64,000 nucleotides of DNA from Bradymonadia bacterium. GTDB taxonomy: Bacteria; Myxococcota_A; Bradymonadia; UBA7976; UBA1532. The notes below the pieces were generated by a model. The model was not told the DNA's origin. It saw only the letters and a program-made list of their open reading frames with translations, and did not search any database. The stretch covers positions 64,001-128,000 of the forward strand of contig JBKAGE010000077.1 in NCBI GenBank assembly GCA_046290225.1, given 5' to 3'. Positions within the stretch are counted from its first letter, which is position 1. Every line of letters starts with the position of its first letter. The position numbers and the translations under genes were made by a program. Positions 20,673 to 30,191 of the stretch are shown one piece after another.

Positions 20673-22016
20673 ATGCTCAAGCACGCCAGCGCCGTCGCCA
20701 TGGGCCTTACCCTTGCCCTGAGCACACTGGCCCATGGCCAGTTTGTAGGTGGTCAGGGGGCTCAAATCGCTGACGGACTTTATGATCCGATCAGCGTCAG
20801 CCATCCATCATGTGCACCGCTGGCGCCGCCAGCAGGGCCGACGATTCAGATCGGTCCGGCGAATGCGGACACGCTGCCCTCGACGATCCTCAACGCTGCG
20901 TCGGGCACGGTGATCGTTCTCGAAGATGGGGTCTACACGTTCAGCTTCCAGGACGAGGCCTCGCGCCGTCTGCGGTTCGAGACACCCAACGTCACCCTCA
21001 CCTCGTTGTCGCAAGATGCCACTCGGGTGATCATTGATGGTGAGTATCTCACCAACGAGATGGCGTACATCACCGCCTCGAACATCACGATCTCCCACAT
21101 CACCTTCACCCGGGCGGTGGATCACCTGATCCACCTCACGCCGACTACAGGGGTGAACTCGACGAACGTGAAGCTCTATGGGCTGCGCCTCATCGATTCG
21201 GGTGAGCAGTTCATCAAGGGCAACCCCAACCCCGGTCGTACAGCCTGGCCCGACGACACCGAGGTGGCCTGCTCGGTCTTCATGCTCACCGATGACGGTC
21301 GCCCCAACGTGTCGACAGCAGTGAACGGCTGCTACACCGGCGGCATCGATGTGCACGGCGGCCGTGACTGGCACGTCCACCACAACTACTTCGGTGGCAT
21401 CTACTGCAAGAACGGCTCACTGGCTGAGCACGCGGTGCACTTCTGGCGTGGGGCCCGCGACACCCTCGTGGAGCAGAACATCATCGTCAACGGCGCGCGA
21501 GGCATCGGCTTTGGTCTGGCGAGCACCGGTGAGACCCGGCCTTACAACGACAACCCCTGCCCGGGTGCCAACGGCGGCTACGTGGGCCACCACGGAGGCA
21601 TCATCCGCGGCAACATCATCTACGCCGAGCATGCGTACTACGACGCAGGCATCAGCCTCGAGCAGGCCTGCGGCGTCGAGGTGCTTCACAACACGGTCTT
21701 CGAGACGAGCGACGCCTCCAACGGCTTCTCGTCAATCGAGTACCGCTATGACAACACCGACGCGTTGATCCAGAACAACATCACCCGCTTGATTCGCCAG
21801 CGGAACAACGGCTCGGCGACGACGCTCAACAACATCCAAGACGCCAAGAGCAGCCTCTTCGTGCGCCCCGACGCACGGAAGCTCGGCTTCCAGCTGCGCG
21901 CCTCGGCCACCTCCGCGGTGAACCAGGGCGCAGCCACGGCCAACGCAGGTGTCGATCTCGAGGGCAACGCCCGCAACAACGGCAACCCCGACATCGGCGC
22001 CCTCGAGCGGCAGTGA
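20673..22016 (+). CDS. Secreted right-handed parallel beta-helix (pectin-lyase-like) protein
   Basis: Signal peptide; [11 protein letters not shown], Asn-ladder strands (VHHNYF, VEQNII, IRGNII, VLHNTV), C-terminal DLEGNAR...PDIGALE. Confidence 0.75.
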   Translation: MLKHASAVAMGLTLALSTLAHGQFVGGQGAQIADGLYDPISVSHPSCAPLAPPAGPTIQIGPANADTLPSTILNAASGTVIVLEDGVYTFSFQDEASRRLRFETPNVTLTSLSQDATRVIIDGEYLTNEMAYITASNITISHITFTRAVDHLIHLTPTTGVNSTNVKLYGLRLIDSGEQFIKGNPNPGRTAWPDDTEVACSVFMLTDDGRPNVSTAVNGCYTGGIDVHGGRDWHVHHNYFGGIYCKNGSLAEHAVHFWRGARDTLVEQNIIVNGARGIGFGLASTGETRPYNDNPCPGANGGYVGHHGGIIRGNIIYAEHAYYDAGISLEQACGVEVLHNTVFETSDASNGFSSIEYRYDNTDALIQNNITRLIRQRNNGSATTLNNIQDAKSSLFVRPDARKLGFQLRASATSAVNQGAATANAGVDLEGNARNNGNPDIGALERQ

Positions 22017-22027
22017 GGAGGCTGATC

Positions 22028-25000
22028 ATGAACCGCACATACATCTCTCGTAAGCGTTTGCTTCAAGCCCTCGCCGGCGCCTCGGTCATGGTGGCCACCT
22101 CGACAGCCTGGGCCACGATGGACCGCCACCACAGCTGTGTGGTGTCGACGACGGGTGCACTCTACTGCTGGGGCGCCAACGCCTCGGGCCAGCTCGGCCA
22201 GGGCGACGCCAACCTACGTGGTAACGATGCCAACGAGATGGGGGCCAACCTCTCCGCGGTGAGCCTGGGCACGGGCCGCACAGCCACCCGGGTGGCCATC
22301 GGCGACGATCACACCTGCGCGTTGCTCGACGACGCCTCGGTGAAATGCTGGGGTGACAACGCCTCGGGCCAGCTCGGACAGGGCAGCACCTCGACGCTGG
22401 GCGACGGCGCCAACGAGATGGGGGACAACCTCACCGCCGTCGATCTCGGCACTGGCCTCGCGGCGATGGCCGTGGCAGCCGGTAACACCCACTCCTGTGC
22501 GCTGATCACTGATGGCCGCGTGAAGTGCTGGGGGGCCAACGATTTTGGCCAGCTCGGCCTCGGTGACACCACCGTACGCGGCGACGACGCCAACGAGATG
22601 GGCGACAACCTGCCCTTCGTCGACCTCGGCACCGGCCGCACGGCGACGGCGCTGAGCGCTGGCGCCCATCACACCTGCGCGTTGCTCGACGACGCCTCGG
22701 TGAAGTGCTGGGGCGCCAATGATTTCGGCCAGCTCGGCCAGGGCAACACCGCGATCCGCGGTGATGACATCAACGACATGGGCGATCTGCTGCCCGCGGT
22801 GGCTCTCGGTACGGGCCGCACAGCCCTCGATCTCACCACGGGTGCAGATCACAGCTGCGCGCTGCTCGACAACGGCCGCCTCAAGTGCTGGGGCTACAAC
22901 GGCTCCGGGCAGCTCGGTCAGGGCGACACGGCCCACCGCGGTGACGGCGCCAACGAGATGGGCGACAACCTCGCAGTCATCGATCTCGGCGGCGCGGTGG
23001 GGGCAGGCCTCACGGTGCTGGCGGTGGCCGCCGGCGACGATCACACCTGCGCCCTGCGGGACGACAACACGGTGAAGTGCTGGGGTGCCAACATCTCGGG
23101 CCAGCTCGGCCTGGAGAGCACCGATACACTTGGTGACGCAGCCAACGAGATGGGCAACGCCCTCGCCACGGTCGACCTGGGTACGGGCCGTACTGCTGGT
23201 GCGCTCGGCGCCGGCTCGGATCACACCTGCGCGGTGCTCGACAACAACACACTGGTCTGCTGGGGCCTCAACCAGCACGGTCAGCTCGGTCAGGGCGTGA
23301 CCACCTGGTGGGGCGACGGGGCCGACGAGATGGGTGACGATCTCGTGGCGGTCTCCCTGAGCGGCACGCCCGAGCTGCCGATGAACTTCGGCGGCCTGAG
23401 CCGCTGCCCGGATCAAGATCTCGACGGGGTCTGTGACGCCGACGACAACTGTGTGGCCAACGCCAACCTGAACCAGGCCGATGCTGACGCTGACGGCCAG
23501 GGCGATGTCTGTGACGTCTGCCCCAACGACGCCAACGACGACGCTGACGGCGACGGTCTCTGCGCCGACGTGGACAACTGCCCTGGCGCAGCAAACGCCG
23601 CCCAGACCGACACCGACGCCGACAGTCTTGGTGATGCCTGCGATGTCTGCCCCAACGACGCCACGAACGATGCTGACGGTGATGGGGTCTGCCAAGATGT
23701 AGACAACTGCCCCGGCGTGGCGAACCCCAACCAGGAAGACAACAACGGCGACGGCTACGGCGATGCCTGTGTGAGCCTCGGGGCGAACATCCATCCCACG
23801 GCCACCCTGGGCAGCGCCGTCGTCGTGGGCAATGGGGTCACCCTCGGTCCCTACGCCGACGTTGGCGACGGTGCCACGGTTCTCGGTGACGTGGGCGACA
23901 ACAGCAGCATCGGTGCGGGCTCGGTGGTCGGCGCAGGCTGTGTGGTGGGCAACGCCGTCGTCCTCGGCGCCAACGTCTCCCTCGGCGCCAACTGTGTGGT
24001 CGACACCCTCGCCGAGATCGGCGCGGGCAGCAGCGTCGGCGTCGCCGGCAGCGTGGGCACGCAGAGCACTCTGGGCGCCAACGTCACTTTGGGTGACGGG
24101 GTCTCTGTCGGCGCCATCTCCCAGGTGGGCGACAATGGCAACTTCGCCGCCGGCTCATCTGTATCGCCAAACACCATCGTGGGCGCCAACGCTCAGGTGG
24201 GCACCAACAGCGCCATCAGTGGCAACGCCCGAGTGGGTGACGATCTCGTCCTCGGCGCCGATGCGGTCATCGGGCCCAACAGCATCATTGGCGATCGCGC
24301 CGCCTTCGGTGACAACACGTCCACTGAGGCCTACGCGGTCATCGGCAATGACTTCTCCATTGGCGCTGGCTCCGAGATGGCCTCGGGCGCCACAGCCGGT
24401 AACGATGTCAACATCGGCGCCGGCGTCGAGGTCCGTGGTGCCCTGGGCAACCGCGTGATTCTCGAAGACAACGTCTTTGTGGGCAACCAGAGCAACGTGA
24501 GCGACGACTGCCACCTGCAGACCAACGCGAGCCTGGGCATCTTCGTCGATCTCGGCACCAACTGCGCCATCAGCCCCGACGTGGCGATCTTCGATGGTGC
24601 AAGCCTCGGCGTCGACGCGGTCATCGGCGCTCGGACGACAATTTTGTTCCGCAGCACCCTCGGGGATCGTGCCGATGTGTCCACCGACACGATCATCGAC
24701 GAGCAGGTCACCATCGGCGATGACTTCACCCTCGGCGCAAACAGCCGCCTCTGGCCCCGAAGCACGTACGGCAACGACGTCACCATCGGCGCCAACACCC
24801 TCATTCGCGACACGGCGACTGTGGGCGATGGGGTCATCGTGGAGGACAACGTTCTCATCTACCCCGAGGTCAACATCGGGGATGAGACGATCATCCGCGC
24901 GAGCGTGGAGATTGGCGTGGAGACCTGTGCCACCCGCGTGTGTGGTCAGGTGGACATCGGCGGCTGCCTCGACGTGAACGCTGATCAGGCACCGGGCACG

Positions 25001-25678
25001 ACCCTCGCTGGCCAGTGCGAGGCGACGATCGTGGTGAACGGCGCGAGCCGCAACTGGTCCGATGGCACCTACGCCACGGCCTGTCACGACTACCGCTACC
25101 CCGACGGGGTGGACTACGTGTACGGCGGCGCCACTGGTGATGGCCGCTACACCATCGACACCGACGGCAGCGGCGGCGACGCGCCCTTCGATGTGTACTG
25201 CGACATGACGACTGATGGTGGTGGTTGGACTCTGGTGGACAACGACGCCACCAACGCTGGCACCTTCGGCTCACGTACTCTGGGTGCCAACACCGACATC
25301 AACACCACCCGCGGCGCGGTGCTGCCGTCCTACGACTGGTCGGCCAGCCCCCAGCTGCTCTGCAAGTCGAGCCGCTTCACGGGCACGCTGCCCTGGCTCA
25401 CCTTCAACGTCGTCTCTGCATCAGGCCGCAACTACCCCACGACGACGACGATTGCTGCAGCTGGCTCCGGCGGTCACTTCTCCTACGCCAACCTCAACGG
25501 AAACACCGCTCGAGGCACGGCGGCCTGGATCTACGTGGGCAATGGCCGCTTCGGTTCGGTCTGGATCGGCGCCGGCAGCAACAGCACCTGCTCGTGCAAC
25601 TACGGCAGCGGTCGCCACACCGGCCTGGGCACCTACGGCCCGGGTACCTCTGCAACCTGTAGCACCTGGGTTCGCTAG
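22028..25678 (+). CDS. Secreted RCC1-repeat + TSP3 + left-handed beta-helix + fibrinogen-related C-terminal domain protein
   Basis: GAGGAGG SD before ATG 22028 (alternative GTG 22013). RCC1 repeats, DxDxDGxGDxCD repeats, hexapeptide repeats, and [15 protein letters not shown] (fibrinogen-like). Confidence 0.9.
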   Translation: MNRTYISRKRLLQALAGASVMVATSTAWATMDRHHSCVVSTTGALYCWGANASGQLGQGDANLRGNDANEMGANLSAVSLGTGRTATRVAIGDDHTCALLDDASVKCWGDNASGQLGQGSTSTLGDGANEMGDNLTAVDLGTGLAAMAVAAGNTHSCALITDGRVKCWGANDFGQLGLGDTTVRGDDANEMGDNLPFVDLGTGRTATALSAGAHHTCALLDDASVKCWGANDFGQLGQGNTAIRGDDINDMGDLLPAVALGTGRTALDLTTGADHSCALLDNGRLKCWGYNGSGQLGQGDTAHRGDGANEMGDNLAVIDLGGAVGAGLTVLAVAAGDDHTCALRDDNTVKCWGANISGQLGLESTDTLGDAANEMGNALATVDLGTGRTAGALGAGSDHTCAVLDNNTLVCWGLNQHGQLGQGVTTWWGDGADEMGDDLVAVSLSGTPELPMNFGGLSRCPDQDLDGVCDADDNCVANANLNQADADADGQGDVCDVCPNDANDDADGDGLCADVDNCPGAANAAQTDTDADSLGDACDVCPNDATNDADGDGVCQDVDNCPGVANPNQEDNNGDGYGDACVSLGANIHPTATLGSAVVVGNGVTLGPYADVGDGATVLGDVGDNSSIGAGSVVGAGCVVGNAVVLGANVSLGANCVVDTLAEIGAGSSVGVAGSVGTQSTLGANVTLGDGVSVGAISQVGDNGNFAAGSSVSPNTIVGANAQVGTNSAISGNARVGDDLVLGADAVIGPNSIIGDRAAFGDNTSTEAYAVIGNDFSIGAGSEMASGATAGNDVNIGAGVEVRGALGNRVILEDNVFVGNQSNVSDDCHLQTNASLGIFVDLGTNCAISPDVAIFDGASLGVDAVIGARTTILFRSTLGDRADVSTDTIIDEQVTIGDDFTLGANSRLWPRSTYGNDVTIGANTLIRDTATVGDGVIVEDNVLIYPEVNIGDETIIRASVEIGVETCATRVCGQVDIGGCLDVNADQAPGTTLAGQCEATIVVNGASRNWSDGTYATACHDYRYPDGVDYVYGGATGDGRYTIDTDGSGGDAPFDVYCDMTTDGGGWTLVDNDATNAGTFGSRTLGANTDINTTRGAVLPSYDWSASPQLLCKSSRFTGTLPWLTFNVVSASGRNYPTTTTIAAAGSGGHFSYANLNGNTARGTAAWIYVGNGRFGSVWIGAGSNSTCSCNYGSGRHTGLGTYGPGTSATCSTWVR

Positions 25679-25765
25679 GCTCCGGTGCTCCGGCGGCGTC
25701 AGCCGCCGTGAGCGCCTCCGCGGGGTTCGTGCATGCGTAGGTGGCGGCCTCGCTGACGCTCGCAA

Positions 25766-26062
25766 AGAGAGTTTTTCGGGCACGGGCACGGGCACGGGCA
25801 CGGGCACGAGTTGATACATACTCTGACCCGTGGCCTTGCCTGAGTTCAGGGCGAAGATTGTCATTACAACTGAGATGGTGAGCTTCAGCACAGCCTGAGA
25901 ATTCAGGTCTTGGGGGGTATGGAGGAGGTCAGAACCTCCACTGAGAAAAGCGTGGGGCTGAGTAGAGCCTCCACCACCATAAACCTACGAGCGGAGCCAT
26001 GCTGGGCTACGGGTCAGAGTATGTATCAACTCGTGCCCGTGCCCGTGCCCGAAAAACTCTCT
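25766..26062. repeat. Inverted-repeat element with (GGGCAC)n arms around a structured ~170-nt spacer
   Basis: 25766-25835 and 26005-26062 are reverse complements, apart from 5 vs 3 GGGCAC copies and one wobble. Lies between convergent genes. Confidence 0.85.
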
Positions 26063-26663
26063 ACCGCTGGTTATCAGCAGACACCCCAAAGAGCCAAGCG
26101 ATGTTCGCTCGGGGCTGATGACAGTTGATGCAGAAGTCGACCTGGCCAGTGAACGACGCAGTCCCATCATTCTCGATGCGGGCCCACCACCAGTCCTCAG
26201 CACCGTTGTCGAAGCCCTCGCCCACCTTGGCCATCACCGTCAGAGCGGTGGGATCACCGTCAGCGTTGAACTGAGGTTTGACGAGCATTGCCCCAGCGGG
26301 GATGTCGAAGTCGCCCTCGGTAGCCTCCGGATCGATGCCGCGGTAGACATCGACGATGTCGTTGCTCACCCAGTAGTCCACCATATCGCCACCATGCTGC
26401 GACATGCGGCGCTCGCTGTTGATCTGGGTGAAGCCCTCGTCCTGGTAGGCCACAGCCCGGGCCACGAAGGCAGCCTCGTCGAGGCCACCGCCAGCACCGC
26501 CCTCAGGGGTGCCGCCCATGGCCTCGCCGCCGGCGCCGCCCATGGCTTCTCCGCCCGAGCCGGCCTCTCCACCACCATCATCGTCGTCGCCACCACAGGC
26601 GAAGAGGGTCAGGCTCAGCGAGGCGATCAACAGTCGATTCCAGCGGCGTTCAACGATGCGCAT
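26061..26663 (-). CDS. Cytochrome P460/c'-beta-like lipoprotein (200 aa)
   Basis: AAGGAG SD; lipobox LFAC; P460-type pattern PAGAMLVK...LTVMAK...DWWWA...FCINCH with a C-terminal CxxCH. Confidence 0.75.
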   Translation of the reverse strand: MRIVERRWNRLLIASLSLTLFACGGDDDDGGGEAGSGGEAMGGAGGEAMGGTPEGGAGGGLDEAAFVARAVAYQDEGFTQINSERRMSQHGGDMVDYWVSNDIVDVYRGIDPEATEGDFDIPAGAMLVKPQFNADGDPTALTVMAKVGEGFDNGAEDWWWARIENDGTASFTGQVDFCINCHQPRANIAWLFGVSADNQR

Positions 26664-27795
26664 GATGGCTCCTTTTATCGGGTATGCCACAGGCAGTGAA
26701 GGCCTTGGCAAAGGCCTGCCTGCCTCGGGCGTCGAGATGGTTGTAGAGGAAAGCCCGGCCGTCGCACATCGCGTCGGCGTGTTGCCTCACCCCCTTGTCG
26801 TCAGAGGTGAGGGCACACTGGAGGTCAAAGCGCCCCAAGGGCACCTCTCGCTCAGGGCATTGGAACTTCGTGCCTTTGTCGGTGGTGATGCGCTGCACCT
26901 CGGCGCCGCTCGGACACGTCACCGAAACACACGGATCAGCAGCGTTGGGATCGTCGGGCCGATAGCCCTCCAACGGCGCGTGATCCACCAACAAGGTCTT
27001 GGGCGTGAAGAAGCCCACGGCGTCGGTGCCGCGGTTCACATTGATGGGCGATGGCCCCGTGGTGATCTCAGGGCGATGGCTGGTGTGACAGCCAGCACAA
27101 TCCGAGCGGGCGCGGTACACCTTGATGGCCTTCTTCCGCCGCTTGGGACGGGTCTTCCATGGGAAGCCGACGCCCTGGCGCATCGCACCGTAGATCGCCT
27201 CGTGCACCTGCCCTTTGACCGCCTGATCGCCTCGAAGCCAGGTGTAGCCGAACAGATCCGCCTCTGCTCCAGGGCCCACAGGCCGGAACACGCGGAAAGT
27301 CTGAGCCCCGTCAGCACCGATCTCGGTGCCGCGTACATCGGCCACCCGGTAGGGCGCCTGCGCCTTGGGTCGCCAGTACTCCACCCGATCGGAGATTGTG
27401 CCCTTCGGGTAGTCGAGGGTCAGCTGACCATGAGGACCTTCCACTGTCTTGATCACACCATCCTTGGGGATCTTCAGCCAGATACGGGTGGTGGAGCGGC
27501 CCCCGGTTCCGCCGGGCAAGTGCACTGGCGGTGTCAGAGAGACGAACCCCTGATCAGCCCACCATGTCTGCTGGCCAGAGATGATCGTCGCCCCTTCTGG
27601 AGGCGCGGGCGACCCGTGGTCATGACTGTGATCGCCATGATCATGACTGTGATCTCCATGGTCATGCCCATGACCATCGTGCTCGTGGCTTCCACCGGCG
27701 CTGATGAAGTACGCGCCGACGAATGCGCCGATACACACCGCGGCGACACCGAGCATCTTCGCCAGGGTGGCAGCATCTCGGCCCGGACCGCTCAC
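26650..27795 (-). CDS. Membrane-anchored protein with a His-rich tract and one CxxCH (putative c-type cytochrome)
   Basis: N-terminal TM helix, HEHDGHGHDHGDHSHDHGDHSHDH (11 His), CAGCH, further Cys near the C-terminus. Overlaps the downstream gene by 14 nt. Confidence 0.6.
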   Translation of the reverse strand: MSGPGRDAATLAKMLGVAAVCIGAFVGAYFISAGGSHEHDGHGHDHGDHSHDHGDHSHDHGSPAPPEGATIISGQQTWWADQGFVSLTPPVHLPGGTGGRSTTRIWLKIPKDGVIKTVEGPHGQLTLDYPKGTISDRVEYWRPKAQAPYRVADVRGTEIGADGAQTFRVFRPVGPGAEADLFGYTWLRGDQAVKGQVHEAIYGAMRQGVGFPWKTRPKRRKKAIKVYRARSDCAGCHTSHRPEITTGPSPINVNRGTDAVGFFTPKTLLVDHAPLEGYRPDDPNAADPCVSVTCPSGAEVQRITTDKGTKFQCPEREVPLGRFDLQCALTSDDKGVRQHADAMCDGRAFLYNHLDARGRQAFAKAFTACGIPDKRSHHAHR

Positions 27796-27796
27796 C

Positions 27797-28546
27797 TCAA
27801 CGCTCCGGAGCAGGCCAGCGGGCCTCGATGTCGGCGATGACCGGAGATCCGAGGATGCCCGCGCGCTTCAGCTCGAGGGCCGCCTCGACGAGGGCCTTCC
27901 GAGATACACCCGCCTGAGCACAGACCTCGGCGTTGGCCTCTTCGTTCGCCCAGGCGAACGCCACCAGCATGGGCAGGGTGGGCTGGATGAACCGCACCAT
28001 GCGATCGCTGGGGCGCCGGTAGAACAAGATGGTCACCGGCGTCGGCTTCAGCGGGATATCACGGCCACTCTTGATGCCTCGGATATAGCCCGGCACCGTA
28101 TGGGTGTAGGCTCGGATGCTCGCCGTGGGGTTCACGACGTCGGCTTCTACGTCGAAGGGTCGCGTGTCACGGGTGGTCGTGTAGTAGAGATACTCGTAGT
28201 CGGCGATTTGAGCCCACAGCTCACGGGCTTCGAGATCAGTCTGCTCGATGAGCCAACCGGCAAAGCCTTCACCGAAGACGTTGAGATCCCAGTGGCTGCT
28301 GGGTCGCCCGAGGGCATAGGTGTCCACGAGAGCCCGCCAGGCCTTTCGCTCACCCACAGCCTGCTCTACGCCGGGATACAGGTAGCCCATGATCCGCCGA
28401 TGGTTGGCGCGGATCAGCTGCGCATAAAAGGCGATGTGATCATCACGAGAGGGCGAGTCGCCGAGGCGTTGCTGCAGCTCGGCAGGATCAATCTCTCCGC
28501 GCAGGAACGGCACCATGGCGTCGAAGAACTGCTGCAGGTTGCTCAC
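27797..28546 (-). CDS. MNIO partner protein (DUF2063 / HvfC-BufC-like)
   Basis: Coupled to the DUF692 gene by a GTGA overlap. N-terminal LQQFF...Y...YPGV...W..LV..Y....PS...DLN.FG..F pattern. Confidence 0.75.
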   Translation of the reverse strand: MSNLQQFFDAMVPFLRGEIDPAELQQRLGDSPSRDDHIAFYAQLIRANHRRIMGYLYPGVEQAVGERKAWRALVDTYALGRPSSHWDLNVFGEGFAGWLIEQTDLEARELWAQIADYEYLYYTTTRDTRPFDVEADVVNPTASIRAYTHTVPGYIRGIKSGRDIPLKPTPVTILFYRRPSDRMVRFIQPTLPMLVAFAWANEEANAEVCAQAGVSRKALVEAALELKRAGILGSPVIADIEARWPAPER

Positions 28547-29379
28547 GCCTCACCCCCAACGGCCTCGGGCGTGGCGAACTTTTGCCAGATGGCCCGGGCC
28601 TTGTCGGCCTCGTCGATCACGCGATCGAGGGGCGGGATCTCCATGTCCCACTCGATGAGGGTGGGGGCTGGCCCCGTGCGGTGCAACGCCTCGCTGTACA
28701 TCTGCCACACCGGATCGATCACCGGGCTGCCGTGGTTGTCCACGGCGAGATCTCCGACATACTTGTGGCCGGCGAGGTGAATACGCCCGGTCTTCTCCAA
28801 GGGCAGAGCCTGTAGATCAGCATGGGCGTCGGTGCCGTGGTTGTGGGCGTTCACGTACACATTGTTCACGTCGAGCATCAGGCCGCAGCCGGCCTCTTCG
28901 ATGACCGTGGTGACGAACTCACCTTCAGTCATCTCGGCGCCGGGCATGATGGCGTAGGTGCTCACGTTCTCGAGCAGGATCGGGCGCTCGAGCATCTCCT
29001 GCACCTGCTTGACCCGTCGGGCGATGTGCAACGCCGCTTCGTGGGTAAATGGCAGGGGCAGGAGGTCATAGAAATTTTGACCGTGGGCCGTGGCGAAGCA
29101 CAGATGCTCGGTGAACACCGGCACGCCGAGCCGATCGAGCAGGGCTTTCACCAGCTCGATGTGACCCCGGTCAATCGGATCAGGCCCACCGAGGGACATG
29201 GACACGCCGTGCACCCCAATGGGCCAGCGCTCGGCGCAGGCGTCGAGGGTCTTGCCCCCGACGCCGCCGTTGGCGATGAAGTTCTCGGGAATGATCTCCA
29301 ACCAGTCGATCTGTCGATCAGTCTTCTGGATGCTGGAGAAATGCTCCCGCCTCAGGCCAATGCCCACTCCCTCTTCCAT
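28543..29379 (-). CDS. Multinuclear non-heme iron-dependent oxidative enzyme (MNIO, DUF692/UPF0276)
   Basis: GIGLRREH, WLEIIPENF, HGVSMSLGG, TEHL, DLLPLP, LLENVS, LDVNNVYVN, IHLAGH, DNHG, LIEWD: the expected iron-ligand motifs appear intact. Confidence 0.95.
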   Translation of the reverse strand: MEEGVGIGLRREHFSSIQKTDRQIDWLEIIPENFIANGGVGGKTLDACAERWPIGVHGVSMSLGGPDPIDRGHIELVKALLDRLGVPVFTEHLCFATAHGQNFYDLLPLPFTHEAALHIARRVKQVQEMLERPILLENVSTYAIMPGAEMTEGEFVTTVIEEAGCGLMLDVNNVYVNAHNHGTDAHADLQALPLEKTGRIHLAGHKYVGDLAVDNHGSPVIDPVWQMYSEALHRTGPAPTLIEWDMEIPPLDRVIDEADKARAIWQKFATPEAVGGEA

Positions 29380-29385
29380 GGACGC

Positions 29386-29850
29386 TTACTCCTCGCCCTC
29401 GTCACCGGGGCAGCCCGAGGGACAGCCGGCCTCGCCACCCTCGCCATCGTCGGGGCAACCAGCGGGGCAACCCGCCTCGCCGCCCTCACCGTCACCGGGG
29501 CAACCACCGGGGCAGCCGGCCTCACCACCGGCGGGGCAACCTGCAGGACAGCCTGCATCACCACCGGCTGCGGGGCAACCAGCGGGGCAACCGGCAGGGC
29601 AGCCCGCAGGGCAGCCTGCGTCACCACCAGCTGCGGGGCAACCGCCGGGGCAGCCAGCCTCACCACCGGCGGGGCAGCCTGCGGGGCACCCGGCCTCACC
29701 GCCCATGGCCTCACCGCCGCTGCCGGCTGCGGCCTCACCACCGCTGCCGCCGCTGCCGCCATCATCATCATCGTCACAGCCACCAGCGGCGAGGCCGATG
29801 CCGCCAGAAAGCAGAGCCATAGCCAGGATCTTGGAGGTCGACTTGAACAT
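29386..29850 (-). CDS. Cys/Gly/Pro-repeat lipoprotein (154 aa); putative RiPP precursor/substrate of the MNIO
   Basis: Signal peptide ending LAAGG|C, acidic tether, then 16 GCP motifs in (E/D)AGCP(A/G/S)GCP units. Ends 6 nt upstream of the MNIO ATG. Confidence 0.85.
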   Translation of the reverse strand: MFKSTSKILAMALLSGGIGLAAGGCDDDDDGGSGGSGGEAAAGSGGEAMGGEAGCPAGCPAGGEAGCPGGCPAAGGDAGCPAGCPAGCPAGCPAAGGDAGCPAGCPAGGEAGCPGGCPGDGEGGEAGCPAGCPDDGEGGEAGCPSGCPGDEGEE

Positions 29851-29952
29851 ATTTACTTCCCCATATGGTCGTTATTGCACTGCGCTCGGGACGTCAGGCC
29901 CCTGGCGATGTGTACATGACATCGGGCTTCACAGCACAGTGCTAGGGAAAGA

Positions 29953-29979
29953 TACGTGGGGTGGAAAAAAGGTGTTACA
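29953..29979 (-). promoter_or_regulatory. ECF sigma-type promoter upstream of the MNIO operon
   Basis: Minus strand TGTAACA-N16-CGTA, about 100 nt before the precursor ATG. Close to the GTAACC-N16-CGAA SigF/ECF16-type consensus as recalled. Confidence 0.55.
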
Positions 29980-30191
29980 ACTGTTTTGTTTTTTTGCTGA
30001 AACAGCACAAAAAACGAGTTGAACCTGTATCAAAGGCGCAAATTTAGCGGGTACGAATATGTTGGCAAATCACTCAACGTGAAGTCCATTTCAATTATTC
30101 GGACTCGTCATTGCGTTTACCTTGATGATTGAGCACACACCAAAGTGCAGCTGTGTGGCAGGCAGGTTGCACCGATCATCGGAGCGCGTGC

